This document shows positions 40,326 through 50,729 of a stretch of 64,000 nt of DNA, piece after piece (the first letter of the stretch is position 1; each line of letters begins with the position of its first letter). This DNA is from Phormidium sp. (GTDB taxonomy: Bacteria > Cyanobacteriota > Cyanobacteriia > Cyanobacteriales > Aerosakkonemataceae). The translations under genes were made by a program, and so were the position numbers. The stretch covers positions 672,001 through 736,000 of the forward strand of contig CP143273.1 in NCBI GenBank assembly GCA_051013385.1. The letters run 5' to 3'. The notes under the pieces are model-generated. The model was not told the DNA's origin, searched no databases, and worked only from the letters and a program-made list of their open reading frames with translations.

Positions 40326-41144
40326 CTATCCAGAAGTTGCTAAAATTTCAATATCTCTTAAAGCTTCTACTGCCGAAGGATAGCGTTGACGGCAATCATT
40401 ATGTACCATTTTATCCAAAACATTGGCTAATTCTGGTCTAATTTTGGCTTGACTTCGCCAGATTATTCTCCTAGTATCTGAGTCTTCTTGAAAATTGATT
40501 GGATGTACTCCTGTAAGCATTTGAATACCCATGATTCCCAGCGCATAAATATCGCTACAAAGTCTGGGTTTACCGTTAGCTTGTTCGTCAGGTATGTATC
40601 CGGGAGTACCTACAGCAATGGTTTGCTGAGTTTGTCCTTGAGCGTCAACTTGACACACATCTTTTACTGCACCAAAATCAATTAATACTAATTTGCGATC
40701 GCTGTAGCGACGAATTATATTTTTAGGGTTAATATCACGATGAACTATTTTATTTTGATGCACAAATACTAAAAGTTCTAGAATTTCTTGTAATATAGAA
40801 ATTACTTGCATCTCTGGCAAAAATTTACCTTCTTGAATAGTTTGATTTAGCTCTAATCCATCAATGAATTCCTGAACTAAGTAAAAATATTGGTTTTCTT
40901 CAAAATAAGCAAACAGAAAGGGAATTTGGGGATGTTCGCCCAAACGGTAAAGTACTTTCGCTTCCCGTTCAAATAATTGTTTAGCTTTGTCGCAATAACG
41001 GAATAATAATTTCTTGACCACACATTTAGGATAACCAGGAAGATGTTTATCTTCGGCTAAATATGTTTCACCAAATCCGCCTTTACCTAATAATTTAACG
41101 ATTTGGTAACGTCCACCGATAATGTCTTCAGTTTCAACCATCAC
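40326..41144 (-). CDS. Stand-alone Ser/Thr protein kinase domain
   Basis: Motifs GKGGFG, VVK, HRDINPKN, DFG, GTPGY and SDIYALG. Confidence 0.9.
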   Translation of the reverse strand: MMVETEDIIGGRYQIVKLLGKGGFGETYLAEDKHLPGYPKCVVKKLLFRYCDKAKQLFEREAKVLYRLGEHPQIPFLFAYFEENQYFYLVQEFIDGLELNQTIQEGKFLPEMQVISILQEILELLVFVHQNKIVHRDINPKNIIRRYSDRKLVLIDFGAVKDVCQVDAQGQTQQTIAVGTPGYIPDEQANGKPRLCSDIYALGIMGIQMLTGVHPINFQEDSDTRRIIWRSQAKIRPELANVLDKMVHNDCRQRYPSAVEALRDIEILATSG

Positions 41145-41778
41145 AAATCACAAAGCAAATTTATAAATATACGGCATTAATTTAGCTTTAGAAATTCAAT
41201 TGATTTTCCTCTTAATTTGTTAAAAATTGCTCTTTGACGAGCGGGGTGATTATTAATCATATTTTTGAGTCAGCTTGTGTATTTTACGTAACCAAATTTC
41301 CCAAGCTAAGTTAAATTTGTTTGGTTGGCGATCGCCTAAAATACATCGATATACCTACCTATAAAACAGTTTGGCACAGAATTTCTCACAATACCAGCCC
41401 CAAGGGAGACGCGGGGGTGCGGGGATATGAGGATGCTGGGACAAGAGGAAGAGGGTACTATGTTGGCAAAATTCTTTCAACGTAACTCCTTTTACCTGGG
41501 TTTGGTAGCTGTGGAGTTAAAAATTCTCTTAAGTTCAAGGAAAATTCAAAATAAATTTACAAAACATTTTTGGCTATTTCAGAGTATTTTAGATTTATAA
41601 GGAGTTAAACCAAGAATAATAAGTTTATAACTCCATCATAATCAATTTTTATCTTTTTTGCTTGTTATAGTTCTGATTTACTGCGATTTACGTCACAGGG
41701 TCACAAAATCAGACAAAAAATTTTTGTTGAGATATGTTGAGAATGTTAATTTTGCGCTACGATTCTAGTACTGACCTA

Positions 41779-41902
41779 GATGCGATCGCGCAGGACGCAG
41801 GCTACCTCAAAAGTATGCCGAAGCGCCTGTGGGCTGAATCAGCTTACTCATTGTAGTAGCCTGTGAAAAGGAACGACCTATCGCTCCGTTGTCGATCGCA
41901 TC
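41779..41902 (+). ncRNA. Candidate structured RNA leader of the rimO-crhR operon
   Basis: Nested stems: 41779-41788 with 41893-41902 (10 bp perfect), 41797-41805 with 41856-41864, and an inner gtgggctga/tcagcttac hairpin. Confidence 0.45.
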
Positions 41903-41987
41903 CCAAGCATAAAGACCCAAGTTTGCCAAAACGAAAGTCGGAATGCTTATGCGACAAACGAACGAACGAACCTTCTCAATTCGCTAA

Positions 41988-43337
41988 ATGCCTCACACAA
42001 TGGGCCAACAGCCAACGATTGCAATTAATCATCTAGGATGTGAAAAAAACCGCATCGATACCGAACACATACTGGGACTGTTAGTACAAGCAGGATACCA
42101 GGTAGACAGCAACGAAGAATTAGCAGATTACGTGATTGTGAATACGTGCAGCTTTATCCAAGCAGCACGGGAAGAATCCGTGCGTACCATTGCTGAATTG
42201 GTGGAGACTGGCAAAAAGGTAGTAATCACCGGGTGCATGGCGCAACACTTCCAAAAGGAGCTACTGGAAGGTTTCCAAAAACAGGATAACCAAACTGGAG
42301 AAGCAGTAGCGGTCGTCGGTACGGGTGATTATCACAAGATTGTCAATGTAATTCAGCAAGTACAGCAAGGAGAAAAAGTTACCGAAATTTCCCCAGCGCC
42401 GACTTTTATCGCTGATGAAAATATTCCCCGCTATCGCACCACACCGGAAGCAGTAGCATATTTGCGGGTAGCCGAAGGGTGTGATTACCGTTGCGCGTTT
42501 TGTATTATCCCCCATTTAAGAGGGGATCAGCGATCGCGTACAATAGAGTCGATCGTCGCGGAAGCCAAGCGACTAGTTAGCGAAGGCGTAAAAGAAATTA
42601 TCCTGATTTCCCAAATTACCACTAACTACGGGTTAGACATTTACGGAAAACCAAAGCTAGCAGAACTATTGCGAGCCTTGGGAGAAGTAGAAGTACCTTG
42701 GATTCGTGTACATTACGCCTATCCCACCGGATTAACCCCAGAGGTAATTAAAGCGTTTCAGGAAACGCCAAACGTCCTACCGTACTTAGACCTTCCCTTA
42801 CAACATTCTCATCCAGAAGTGCTCCGAGCCATGAATCGTCCTTGGCAAGGGCAAGTAAATGATACAATCATTGATAGAATTAAAGAGGCGCTGCCACAGG
42901 CCATTTTACGGACAACATTTATCGTTGGGTTTCCTGGAGAAACGGAGGAACATTTCCAGCACCTAGTACAATTTGTACAGCGCCACGAGTTCGATCATGT
43001 AGGTGTATTCACCTTCTCGAAAGAAGAAGGAACCCCAGCGTATAGTTTGCCGAATCAATTACCCCAATCAGTGATGGATGAGCGTCGGGATATCCTGATG
43101 CGAGTTCAACAGCCTATTTCCCAGAAAAAGAATCGACAATCAATTGGGAAAATAGTAGATGTATTAATTGAGCAGGAAAATCCCGATACTGGGGAGTTAA
43201 TCGGTCGCTCAGCCAGATTTTCACCAGAAGTCGATGGACTAGTCTACGTCACGGGTAACGCCGCACTGGGTTCAATTGTCCCGGTGAAAATTACAGACGC
43301 AGATATATACGACCTCTATGGATACACAACTAGCTAA
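41988..43337 (+). CDS. rimO: Ribosomal protein S12 methylthiotransferase
   Basis: Motifs [15 protein letters not shown] and radical [12 protein letters not shown]-terminal TRAM (PEVDG). Confidence 0.95.
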   Translation: MPHTMGQQPTIAINHLGCEKNRIDTEHILGLLVQAGYQVDSNEELADYVIVNTCSFIQAAREESVRTIAELVETGKKVVITGCMAQHFQKELLEGFQKQDNQTGEAVAVVGTGDYHKIVNVIQQVQQGEKVTEISPAPTFIADENIPRYRTTPEAVAYLRVAEGCDYRCAFCIIPHLRGDQRSRTIESIVAEAKRLVSEGVKEIILISQITTNYGLDIYGKPKLAELLRALGEVEVPWIRVHYAYPTGLTPEVIKAFQETPNVLPYLDLPLQHSHPEVLRAMNRPWQGQVNDTIIDRIKEALPQAILRTTFIVGFPGETEEHFQHLVQFVQRHEFDHVGVFTFSKEEGTPAYSLPNQLPQSVMDERRDILMRVQQPISQKKNRQSIGKIVDVLIEQENPDTGELIGRSARFSPEVDGLVYVTGNAALGSIVPVKITDADIYDLYGYTTS

Positions 43338-43446
43338 TAACTATTAGCTAATGGCTAACAATCAGGACTAGTGGTAACTAGCCATTAGTTCTTAGCGAAA
43401 AAAACACCTATCAACTAAACAACTTATCAAACGTAAAAGCAAATTC

Positions 43447-44889
43447 ATGACTATAACTTTCAAAAACTTAGGTCTTTCAGAAGTTCGCGTTCAACAATTA
43501 GAAAAATTGGGTCTGACAACCCCTACTACAATTCAAACTCAAGCGATTCCCCATTTATTATCTGGGCGTGATGTGGTAGGACAATCTCAGACAGGGACTG
43601 GTAAAACAGCTGCTTTTTCTTTACCAATTCTAGAAAGAATTGACCTGAATCAAAAAGCAGTACAAGCGTTAATTTTGACTCCTACCCGTGAATTAGCATT
43701 ACAAGTCGGAAATGCAATTCGTGACTTTAGTGGTGCTACTAGCGAACTTCCCACCAAGGAAGCGCGGAATTTATGGGTATTGCCAGTATATGGTGGTCAA
43801 GCAATTGAACGCCAAATCCGTCGCTTGCAACAAGGCGTGCAAATTGTGGTGGGAACACCCGGACGGGTAATTGATTTGTTGGAACGCGGAGATTTGAAAC
43901 TCGACCAAGTTAGCTGGTTAGTATTGGATGAAGCTGACGAAATGTTGAGCATGGGCTTTATTGATGATGTGGAAAAAATCCTCAAGCAAGTACCAGCTGA
44001 ACGGCAAACAGCTTTCTTCTCTGCTACCATGCCTCCAGTGATTCGGGAGTTGATCACTAAGTTTTTGCGATCGCCAATCACTGTTACAGTAGAACAACCC
44101 AAAGCTGCACCGAAGCAAATCAACCAAGTAGCTTACATGGTGCCCCCAGGATGGACAAAAGCTAAGGCGCTTCTACCAATTTTGGAAATGGAAGACCCCG
44201 AATCTGCTTTAATCTTTGTTCGTACCCGCAAAGCTGCTGCTGAACTCACCAACCAACTACAAGCGGCTGGTCACAGTGTAGATGAATATCACGGCGACCT
44301 CAACCAACAAGCAAGGGAACGGTTGTTATACCGCTTCCGTCAGCGTCAAGTTCGTTGGGTAGTAGCGACAGATATTGCTGCACGCGGTTTAGATGTGGAT
44401 CATCTCAGTCATGTGATTAACTACGACTTACCCGATAGTGTGGAAAGCTACGTTCACCGCATTGGTCGGACAGGTCGTGCAGGTCGGGAAGGAACAGCGA
44501 TTTCCTTGATTCAATCTTTGGATCGGCGCAAACTGCGGTTAATTGAACGGCACGTCAGACAAAATCTGAAGATTACTTCCATTCCTACCCGTTCTCAAAT
44601 TGAATCACGTCACTTGGAAAAATTGCAAGACCGAGTGCGGGAAGCATTAGCTGGTGAACGGATGGCTTCTTTCTTGCCGATTGTGGCTAAACTGGGTGAA
44701 GAGTATGAGGTACATACGATCGCAGCAGCGGCGCTACAAATGGCTTACGATCAAACTCGTCCCGCTTGGATGAAGTCAGAAAATTACAGCGCGGAAGATG
44801 AAGCTGCAATTAATGGTAAACCCAAACCTCTCCTGAAGCGGAGCAAACCTTCTGCACCAGCAAAGGTAGAAATCGAAAGCAAGAAATAA
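43447..44889 (+). CDS. crhR: DEAD-box RNA helicase CrhR
   Basis: Motifs QTGTGKT, PTRELA, TPGR, DEAD, SAT, ARGLD and HRIGRTGRAG; the rimO-crhR gene order is as known in cyanobacteria. Confidence 0.92.
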   Translation: MTITFKNLGLSEVRVQQLEKLGLTTPTTIQTQAIPHLLSGRDVVGQSQTGTGKTAAFSLPILERIDLNQKAVQALILTPTRELALQVGNAIRDFSGATSELPTKEARNLWVLPVYGGQAIERQIRRLQQGVQIVVGTPGRVIDLLERGDLKLDQVSWLVLDEADEMLSMGFIDDVEKILKQVPAERQTAFFSATMPPVIRELITKFLRSPITVTVEQPKAAPKQINQVAYMVPPGWTKAKALLPILEMEDPESALIFVRTRKAAAELTNQLQAAGHSVDEYHGDLNQQARERLLYRFRQRQVRWVVATDIAARGLDVDHLSHVINYDLPDSVESYVHRIGRTGRAGREGTAISLIQSLDRRKLRLIERHVRQNLKITSIPTRSQIESRHLEKLQDRVREALAGERMASFLPIVAKLGEEYEVHTIAAAALQMAYDQTRPAWMKSENYSAEDEAAINGKPKPLLKRSKPSAPAKVEIESKK

Positions 44890-44918
44890 CTTAGGTTGCT
44901 AGTCACATAGAAATGTAT

Positions 44919-44959
44919 GTTGTTGCGCTTTAGCGCTCTGAGCGCTAAAGCGCAACAAC
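44919..44959. repeat. Perfect 20 bp-arm palindrome (REP-like)
   Basis: gttgttgcgctttagcgctc-t-gagcgctaaagcgcaacaac. Confidence 0.8.
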
Positions 44960-44990
44960 GTGCCTAAGTCCCCGGCCCAAATCTGGGGTT

Positions 44991-45018
44991 AAAAAAAGCC
45001 TGCAAAAGCAGGTTTTTT
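44991..45018. terminator. Bidirectional intrinsic terminator after crhR
   Basis: A7-gcctgc-aaaa-gcaggt-T run. Confidence 0.8.
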
Positions 45019-45195
45019 GTGTTATTAACTCAATAGATCTAAAATGTTACTTTTTGTGTGACTTGAAGAAGAAATTGGCCAGGGTGGCCAACTTTACGTT
45101 CCAAAACTAGTGTGACTTAAAGCAAAAGATGGCCGCAATCGGTTGAACGATTAATTGTAAATTTTTGTATGATTTATCCACCGTTTTCTTCCTGA

Positions 45196-45344
45196 TGTAT
45201 AAAGAGAATAGTTAACTGAACCCGCAACGGCTACAAGTACAGATCTCCCGTAATATTTCGTGTATGACTCAAAAATAATTATCCAAACAGGAGTTGTTTT
45301 TGAGCGTTTCTAGTGAGAAGGCCAAGAGAATAAATATCTAAACT
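45196..45344 (+). repeat. Tn7-like left end: 8 bp terminus plus three spaced TnsB sites
   Basis: Sites at 45204-45222, 45271-45289 (degenerate) and 45326-45344 (16/19 match to right-end site 2). Confidence 0.8.
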
Positions 45345-45364
45345 GGCATAGCTTACCTTGTATT

Positions 45365-46957
45365 CTATACCTCTATAGCATCAAAAGATTTGAGGGCTAA
45401 ATCAATAGCATGAGCAACCTCTGGAATTACTTCCATCTCCGGCTTAATATGAGCACGGCGGATCAATTGCCAACGAGCGGGACGAATATTCTCTTGCTGA
45501 TAGCGCTCGACAATCCACCAGAGGCGACGAATAGCAAATTGTTCGTATGTCTCAACTACATCAGCCAGAACTTGTGCAGTTAGCGGTAACTTATGAAGTT
45601 GCCTTTTGAGTAGAGAAGATTTATCAATATCTTTACCAATAGAATGTATAGTTACCCGTACAAGCTCTTCAGATTTATTCAGCAGACGTTTAGCACAGAG
45701 TAGGACTTCATCCTTGAGCTTAACATCACGGCTATTCCAATCTAGCTTTGGCTGGTCAGAATTTTTGCCGGACTGGAGTTGAGGCAGATTCTTCTTTAGC
45801 CAACTATAGTCATTGTAGTAAAGCCAGGTGTAAACACCGCTAAAATTCTTGCTTAATAGTGAGCGCCCAACATCAGGATTTTTTACCAGAATATCCAACC
45901 ATTTTTGGCGATAAGATTCCAAAGTTTCCCGTGCAATGCTTGGGGACTTTGCTGGCTGAGATGGTAATAATTTCTTAGCCTGAATTGATGGGAGACTAGA
46001 GCCAGAAGATGCGATTACTTCAGGAAGGCGGAAAAATCCTTCCACTGTAAGCCCCAGGAAATGTATTAACAAAAGGTGATGTAAAGGATGCTGCGAACGA
46101 ACATCATAATGAGTTAAGCGTAATAGCCAATTATTCCGATTGTCTGGCTCAAAACTGCATTGTATTTTCCTCAAAAACTCATCAGAGTAATAATTACCAA
46201 ATGCTGATAAAAATGGCTCTACTCTCACCGTAGCATTGTCATTTAACAACCCCCCTTTACCTAGCAAATAAAGATAGTAACTACGGAAAGATTCAAGGTT
46301 ATTAGTTTCAATTCGCTGATTAAGCAGCCAAACTACATCATGGGCAATCTCTGACAAAATTAGATGGCACGGATTTGACAAATTTAACGGACGCGGTGAT
46401 ATTAGTTGGATAACTTGTCCTGCCGAGATAAATTCCTGATTATTAGTTCGATTTCGGGTCAAAGCACTACTATTTTCCAGAAAAATAGCATGGATTGGAC
46501 AAACTTCTACACCGGGAACTTGGTGAAGACGATGCCAGTAATATTCCCCAAACTGTTCAATATCTTCCCGCGCACATAAAGGACAGAATTTCAATGAAGT
46601 TGGTAGACTGATGCGACTGGATACAATACCTATACGGTAATGAAATCCCAATTTTTTCCCATCTCCCATATTTTCACGAATAGCGGTAATTCGTTCTTTA
46701 GTGCAAAACGGGCTGTAGAAAGGAAGAAGCGTATGATTATTAATAAAGCCATCAACCGTATATAAGTGACCGGGTGGTAAACTGGCAATCAATCTACAAA
46801 GATGACTTGGTAAGTCAATGGTGGCAAATGCTTTTTTAGTTCCAAATAATTCCCCAACTAAAGATTCTCGGCTAGGATAGTGTACGCGCTCTTGAAATCG
46901 CGCCAAAACACTGTAAAGCAATTCATCTGGATATGGGTCAGGGAAAAAGCCAATCAT
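45365..46957 (-). CDS. tnsD: TnsD/TniQ family target-selection protein
   Basis: Motifs FPDPYPDELLYS, HTLLPFY, CPLC...WHRLHQVPGVEVCPIH, HPLHHLLL and DW..RD. Confidence 0.9.
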   Translation of the reverse strand: MIGFFPDPYPDELLYSVLARFQERVHYPSRESLVGELFGTKKAFATIDLPSHLCRLIASLPPGHLYTVDGFINNHTLLPFYSPFCTKERITAIRENMGDGKKLGFHYRIGIVSSRISLPTSLKFCPLCAREDIEQFGEYYWHRLHQVPGVEVCPIHAIFLENSSALTRNRTNNQEFISAGQVIQLISPRPLNLSNPCHLILSEIAHDVVWLLNQRIETNNLESFRSYYLYLLGKGGLLNDNATVRVEPFLSAFGNYYSDEFLRKIQCSFEPDNRNNWLLRLTHYDVRSQHPLHHLLLIHFLGLTVEGFFRLPEVIASSGSSLPSIQAKKLLPSQPAKSPSIARETLESYRQKWLDILVKNPDVGRSLLSKNFSGVYTWLYYNDYSWLKKNLPQLQSGKNSDQPKLDWNSRDVKLKDEVLLCAKRLLNKSEELVRVTIHSIGKDIDKSSLLKRQLHKLPLTAQVLADVVETYEQFAIRRLWWIVERYQQENIRPARWQLIRRAHIKPEMEVIPEVAHAIDLALKSFDAIEV

Positions 46958-46981
46958 TTTACGATTTCCTTTAAATTTTCC

Positions 46982-48553
46982 TCATGTTTCTGGTCGAATA
47001 TAGCCTTGCTTTTTAAGAGCTTCATACGCAGTTATTCCCTGCTGTTTACCCAAAGCCACAACCTTAATCAAAGAATCTTCCTTCTCAAGTGATTTTTGAG
47101 CTTTCGTTTGATGTTTAGGGGATTCATTTTGGGGAGGATGGCAAGAATCATAGGGAGAGTCCGCTACTTCTTCTTCAGTCAAATCAACCTGTTGATTCGA
47201 CTGATTGATATTCGGAGCTTCCTGAAAATCCACCAAATTTTTCTTCATCAAAGGTGAAGAACGAAGGCGACCAATAACCTCTGGACTCGGCTCTGGCTGT
47301 AGAAAAGATGTAATATCGATAGGGTGAACATCATCAAGACTGTAAAGAAGTTGCATATTACCAGTTCTTAAGGCTGATAAAATCGGATTAGCCAACCGTA
47401 GGCTATCTGCTGCTACTGACCGTATAATGTTCTCTGTTATCTGCTCAATTCCTGTAACAATTGTTCGAATCTGAGCAAGCATATAGACCTTAACTGCAAA
47501 GTCTGTAATCCCCTGAGTTACATCATATAAAGTATGGGTTAACCGTGCAGTAAGGGAACGTTTTTTCTGGACATATTGGTATTGCCAAAGAGACTCGATA
47601 AATAACTCCCAAATATTATCTTCTGCCATTCTGTCCCAAACTAAATCACCTTGTCCGCTACCTCGACGAGCCTGACGGAATTCTCCACTCAAAATCGGCA
47701 TAGCTTTGTAAGTTCCCACTAGCACAACAGGAACGCCAATAGTATTTACCAGTTGCACAAAAAAGTTGAGCATTTTGCTAGAGCCACCGCTCTTGGCTTG
47801 ACTCAAGTGTTGAATTTCGTCGATTACCAATACTCCAATGCAATGTAACGAAGCTACACGAGCTATTAATGGGATTAATTCGTCTACTGTCCGGCGGTTA
47901 CCAGTATAAATTCTGGAGTAATCAGTTCCGAAAATATCGTCAACAGCCTGAAAAAAGTTAAAGCACAGCCCCTTAATTGAACCATCAAATGGACAGTCAA
48001 GTTTCAGCCAAACAATTTGCATAAGCGTGAAAGCACGCTGGTTATATTTGCTGTGGATAATTACTTGAGGATATAAAGACAATATTGCCTCTATAGCAGT
48101 CGTTTTACCTATACCTGAAATGCCGATAATTGTAAAGCCACTAGCCGATGAACGCGATTGGGATTGAGTAACTTCGTTAGATTCAATAGTATCTATTTGG
48201 GATTGAAAATTCTTCCAAAAGTCTGCTTTCATCGGATTTCTGACCTGGTATCCGGCTCGAATTAGGCGCGAAAATCGCTGCTCCAAATCTAAATTAACTG
48301 GCAGTGGTTGAAAGAACTGTAGGGCATTTTGAGCTAAATGCAAACGTAAATGATTTGGTAGTTGACACTCTGACTCATGATAACTTGGATATCGTGTTAA
48401 AAGCGTCACCGCTTCTTCTTCCGAAAGAATAGAGGGTAAAGCCTCAATCAATGGATTATCACGATAGCTATAAACTAACTGTTCGTTATATTTAGCTGGG
48501 ACAATTTTCCCTTTGCCAACTAAAAGTGATGGTAGAAAATTACAATTAGTCAT
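46982..48553 (-). CDS. tnsC: Tn7-like AAA+ ATPase TnsC
   Basis: NPLIEALP, Walker A GISGIGKT, Walker B LVIDEIQ and RQARR; the ATG at 48553 overlaps the tnsB stop. Confidence 0.92.
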   Translation of the reverse strand: MTNCNFLPSLLVGKGKIVPAKYNEQLVYSYRDNPLIEALPSILSEEEAVTLLTRYPSYHESECQLPNHLRLHLAQNALQFFQPLPVNLDLEQRFSRLIRAGYQVRNPMKADFWKNFQSQIDTIESNEVTQSQSRSSASGFTIIGISGIGKTTAIEAILSLYPQVIIHSKYNQRAFTLMQIVWLKLDCPFDGSIKGLCFNFFQAVDDIFGTDYSRIYTGNRRTVDELIPLIARVASLHCIGVLVIDEIQHLSQAKSGGSSKMLNFFVQLVNTIGVPVVLVGTYKAMPILSGEFRQARRGSGQGDLVWDRMAEDNIWELFIESLWQYQYVQKKRSLTARLTHTLYDVTQGITDFAVKVYMLAQIRTIVTGIEQITENIIRSVAADSLRLANPILSALRTGNMQLLYSLDDVHPIDITSFLQPEPSPEVIGRLRSSPLMKKNLVDFQEAPNINQSNQQVDLTEEEVADSPYDSCHPPQNESPKHQTKAQKSLEKEDSLIKVVALGKQQGITAYEALKKQGYIRPET

Positions 48554-50729
48554 TTTTCCAATTCTCCTTGCGGAGTTGACGTAATTTTTCGATAGGTGAT
48601 GGTGGCCCGATGTATTCACACTCATCTGAGTCATTAGAAGTAGACAAATCGGGAATACTCTGTCCTAGCTGAGAAGGAATTTCCTCGACACCTAATTTCC
48701 AAGCTTGAGTTTGTCGTTCATATTCTCGTTCTAACTGACGATTTTTCCTGATACCTTGAAGACGAGAATGATTACTCCCAAAAGAACCAGCATTTTCTGT
48801 CTGTTGTTGTGCCTGTGAAACAATTTGTTCGACTTGAGCATGAAAATTAGCTTTGGTCTGGGTTTGTCGAGTTCTCGAAGCTTCTTTAGCTTGTTTTTGC
48901 TGTTCAAAGTAGTCAATTGTTTCATGCCAATCTCGATTTCTAAATGTTTTATCAGCCTCAATTAGTTGGCAAGGTTCCAGTTGCTTTTTGTCATTAAGAC
49001 GCAGGTAAATTGTGTCAAGAGAGCGCACATCATAGCCAATAGGAATTTTCCAATTTCCCTTTTCTCTAGCTTTAACGAACCACTGTTCGCGCCAAGCTAA
49101 GTCACAGGTATAAAGTAGACCAAAGCAGCGAATTCCACGATGGGTAACAGTAGCTTCTGCTGTAGGTAGAAGGTTTAAACGAATTATGGACGATGCCATA
49201 GTGCGAAGATGACCACTCCGGTAGCGGACTCCCCAGTTCCATAGTTCGATAGGGTATGGAGCAACTTGCTCGGCAATCATGAACTCATCCATCCGATACC
49301 AGTCTAGACGGTGATTTTTGTTATAGTCGAGAATGCACCAAATCATCAGCTGGCGAAATTGGTGAAGATCTAAAATTGCATCCAAACGATAGTCTTTATC
49401 TCCTCTTTCTCTGGCTCGATGAATCGCTCCTGGTATCCAGTGAATCATTCTCTGATCGAGAGTCCGAAAATTTCTCTCAATAATTCCTTTCCAGTCAGCA
49501 CGGTAAGGGGGTGTGTTAGATACTTTGATATTGAGGGCATTGACTAGGTTATCAGCGTTGTAGCCTTCCAGTTCCCCTCTATCTGCCAGAATAGCTTCGG
49601 GCAGGTGATGGCTTGGCCAATCAGCTTCATTAATCTCAATTCCGTAGGACTGGCAAAAAGCAATTTTATCTGTGGTGGTATTTTCGAGAGCTAACATGGC
49701 ACCCAGCCAAGAGGGTCCTTCTAAACTGACGCTAAATCCGGTTATCAGTCGGCTAAATGTGTCGATAATGACATAGATTATGGGCCGACCAATTATACGG
49801 GTTCTGTCTAGAGAACTGACTAAATAAATGTCTCCAATGGTGGCATCAATTTGGTAGAGTGAACCTGGCCCAAAAGCCATCCCAGTGGAATCTCCGAGTA
49901 CTGCTCGGTGGCTTAAGTTAAAGCGACGTTGACCGACACGGGCAACCTGTGATTGACTACAATCACGCTCTTTTTCATACCAATAGCGGAACTGAGCAAA
50001 TGTTGGCAGTTCAGAGGCAGGTGGTAATACGGGTACTAATACCCCGGATTCCATCTGATAACCTTGGTGAAAGAATTTTTCTAGTGTTAGTTGAAAAGCT
50101 TCTTTAAGATTTCTTTCTTGTTGGTTCTCATAAAATAATTTAATGCCACGACGAAATTTTTCGCGAATCTCTGCATCAACATTGACCCCAAGTGGCCTCT
50201 CAACGATTCGGGAAAGGGAGCTTGGACGACCACGTTTACAAGTACCGGAAAGCCGCTGTTTGCCTTTTCCACCACGTTTGTTAAATTGAGGTAGCAGGGC
50301 ATTTTTCGTTTGTCCCGCTTGCCAATAACGTCGTAAATAGCTGTAAATTGTTGCTTTTGTTCGTCCGGTGCGCTCTACTGTTGCTTTGATGAGAGTGCCA
50401 CGGTAGTCAGGATGAAATACTAGTTCACTTTCGACTAATGGAGCAATGACTTCCCAAGCTCGCTCTCTGAACTCTCGGTATTTCTGCGGAATTGTATTTT
50501 CTGGACGCAGCAATGTGGCGTATGGGTCAACGGTTAAAATGTTTGCATTTTGACTGGCAATTTCTGTTTCTAACTCAAGGCTTTTTTGCCAAATGGGTAG
50601 CGCTCTTGGCTGATTAATTTCAATTGTGACTACATCAGTACCGGATTGGTCAATCCAGAGGATGCGCTCGATACGAGATTCGAGGTATGGGTTTGACCAC
50701 TCTAGAAGCATATTTACCCATAAGTTCAT
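48546..50729 (-). CDS. tnsB: Tn7-like DDE transposase TnsB
   Basis: DDE triad in QIDAT, ADRGE and KGIIERNF; ATGA overlap with tnsA. Confidence 0.93.
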   Translation of the reverse strand: MNLWVNMLLEWSNPYLESRIERILWIDQSGTDVVTIEINQPRALPIWQKSLELETEIASQNANILTVDPYATLLRPENTIPQKYREFRERAWEVIAPLVESELVFHPDYRGTLIKATVERTGRTKATIYSYLRRYWQAGQTKNALLPQFNKRGGKGKQRLSGTCKRGRPSSLSRIVERPLGVNVDAEIREKFRRGIKLFYENQQERNLKEAFQLTLEKFFHQGYQMESGVLVPVLPPASELPTFAQFRYWYEKERDCSQSQVARVGQRRFNLSHRAVLGDSTGMAFGPGSLYQIDATIGDIYLVSSLDRTRIIGRPIIYVIIDTFSRLITGFSVSLEGPSWLGAMLALENTTTDKIAFCQSYGIEINEADWPSHHLPEAILADRGELEGYNADNLVNALNIKVSNTPPYRADWKGIIERNFRTLDQRMIHWIPGAIHRARERGDKDYRLDAILDLHQFRQLMIWCILDYNKNHRLDWYRMDEFMIAEQVAPYPIELWNWGVRYRSGHLRTMASSIIRLNLLPTAEATVTHRGIRCFGLLYTCDLAWREQWFVKAREKGNWKIPIGYDVRSLDTIYLRLNDKKQLEPCQLIEADKTFRNRDWHETIDYFEQQKQAKEASRTRQTQTKANFHAQVEQIVSQAQQQTENAGSFGSNHSRLQGIRKNRQLEREYERQTQAWKLGVEEIPSQLGQSIPDLSTSNDSDECEYIGPPSPIEKLRQLRKENWKND

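Noticed and set aside
45055..45059. TGTGT as the missing left target-site duplication
   Set aside because: It is not followed by a TGT terminus or TnsB site and lies 136 bp from the mapped end; a chance 5-mer match is likely.
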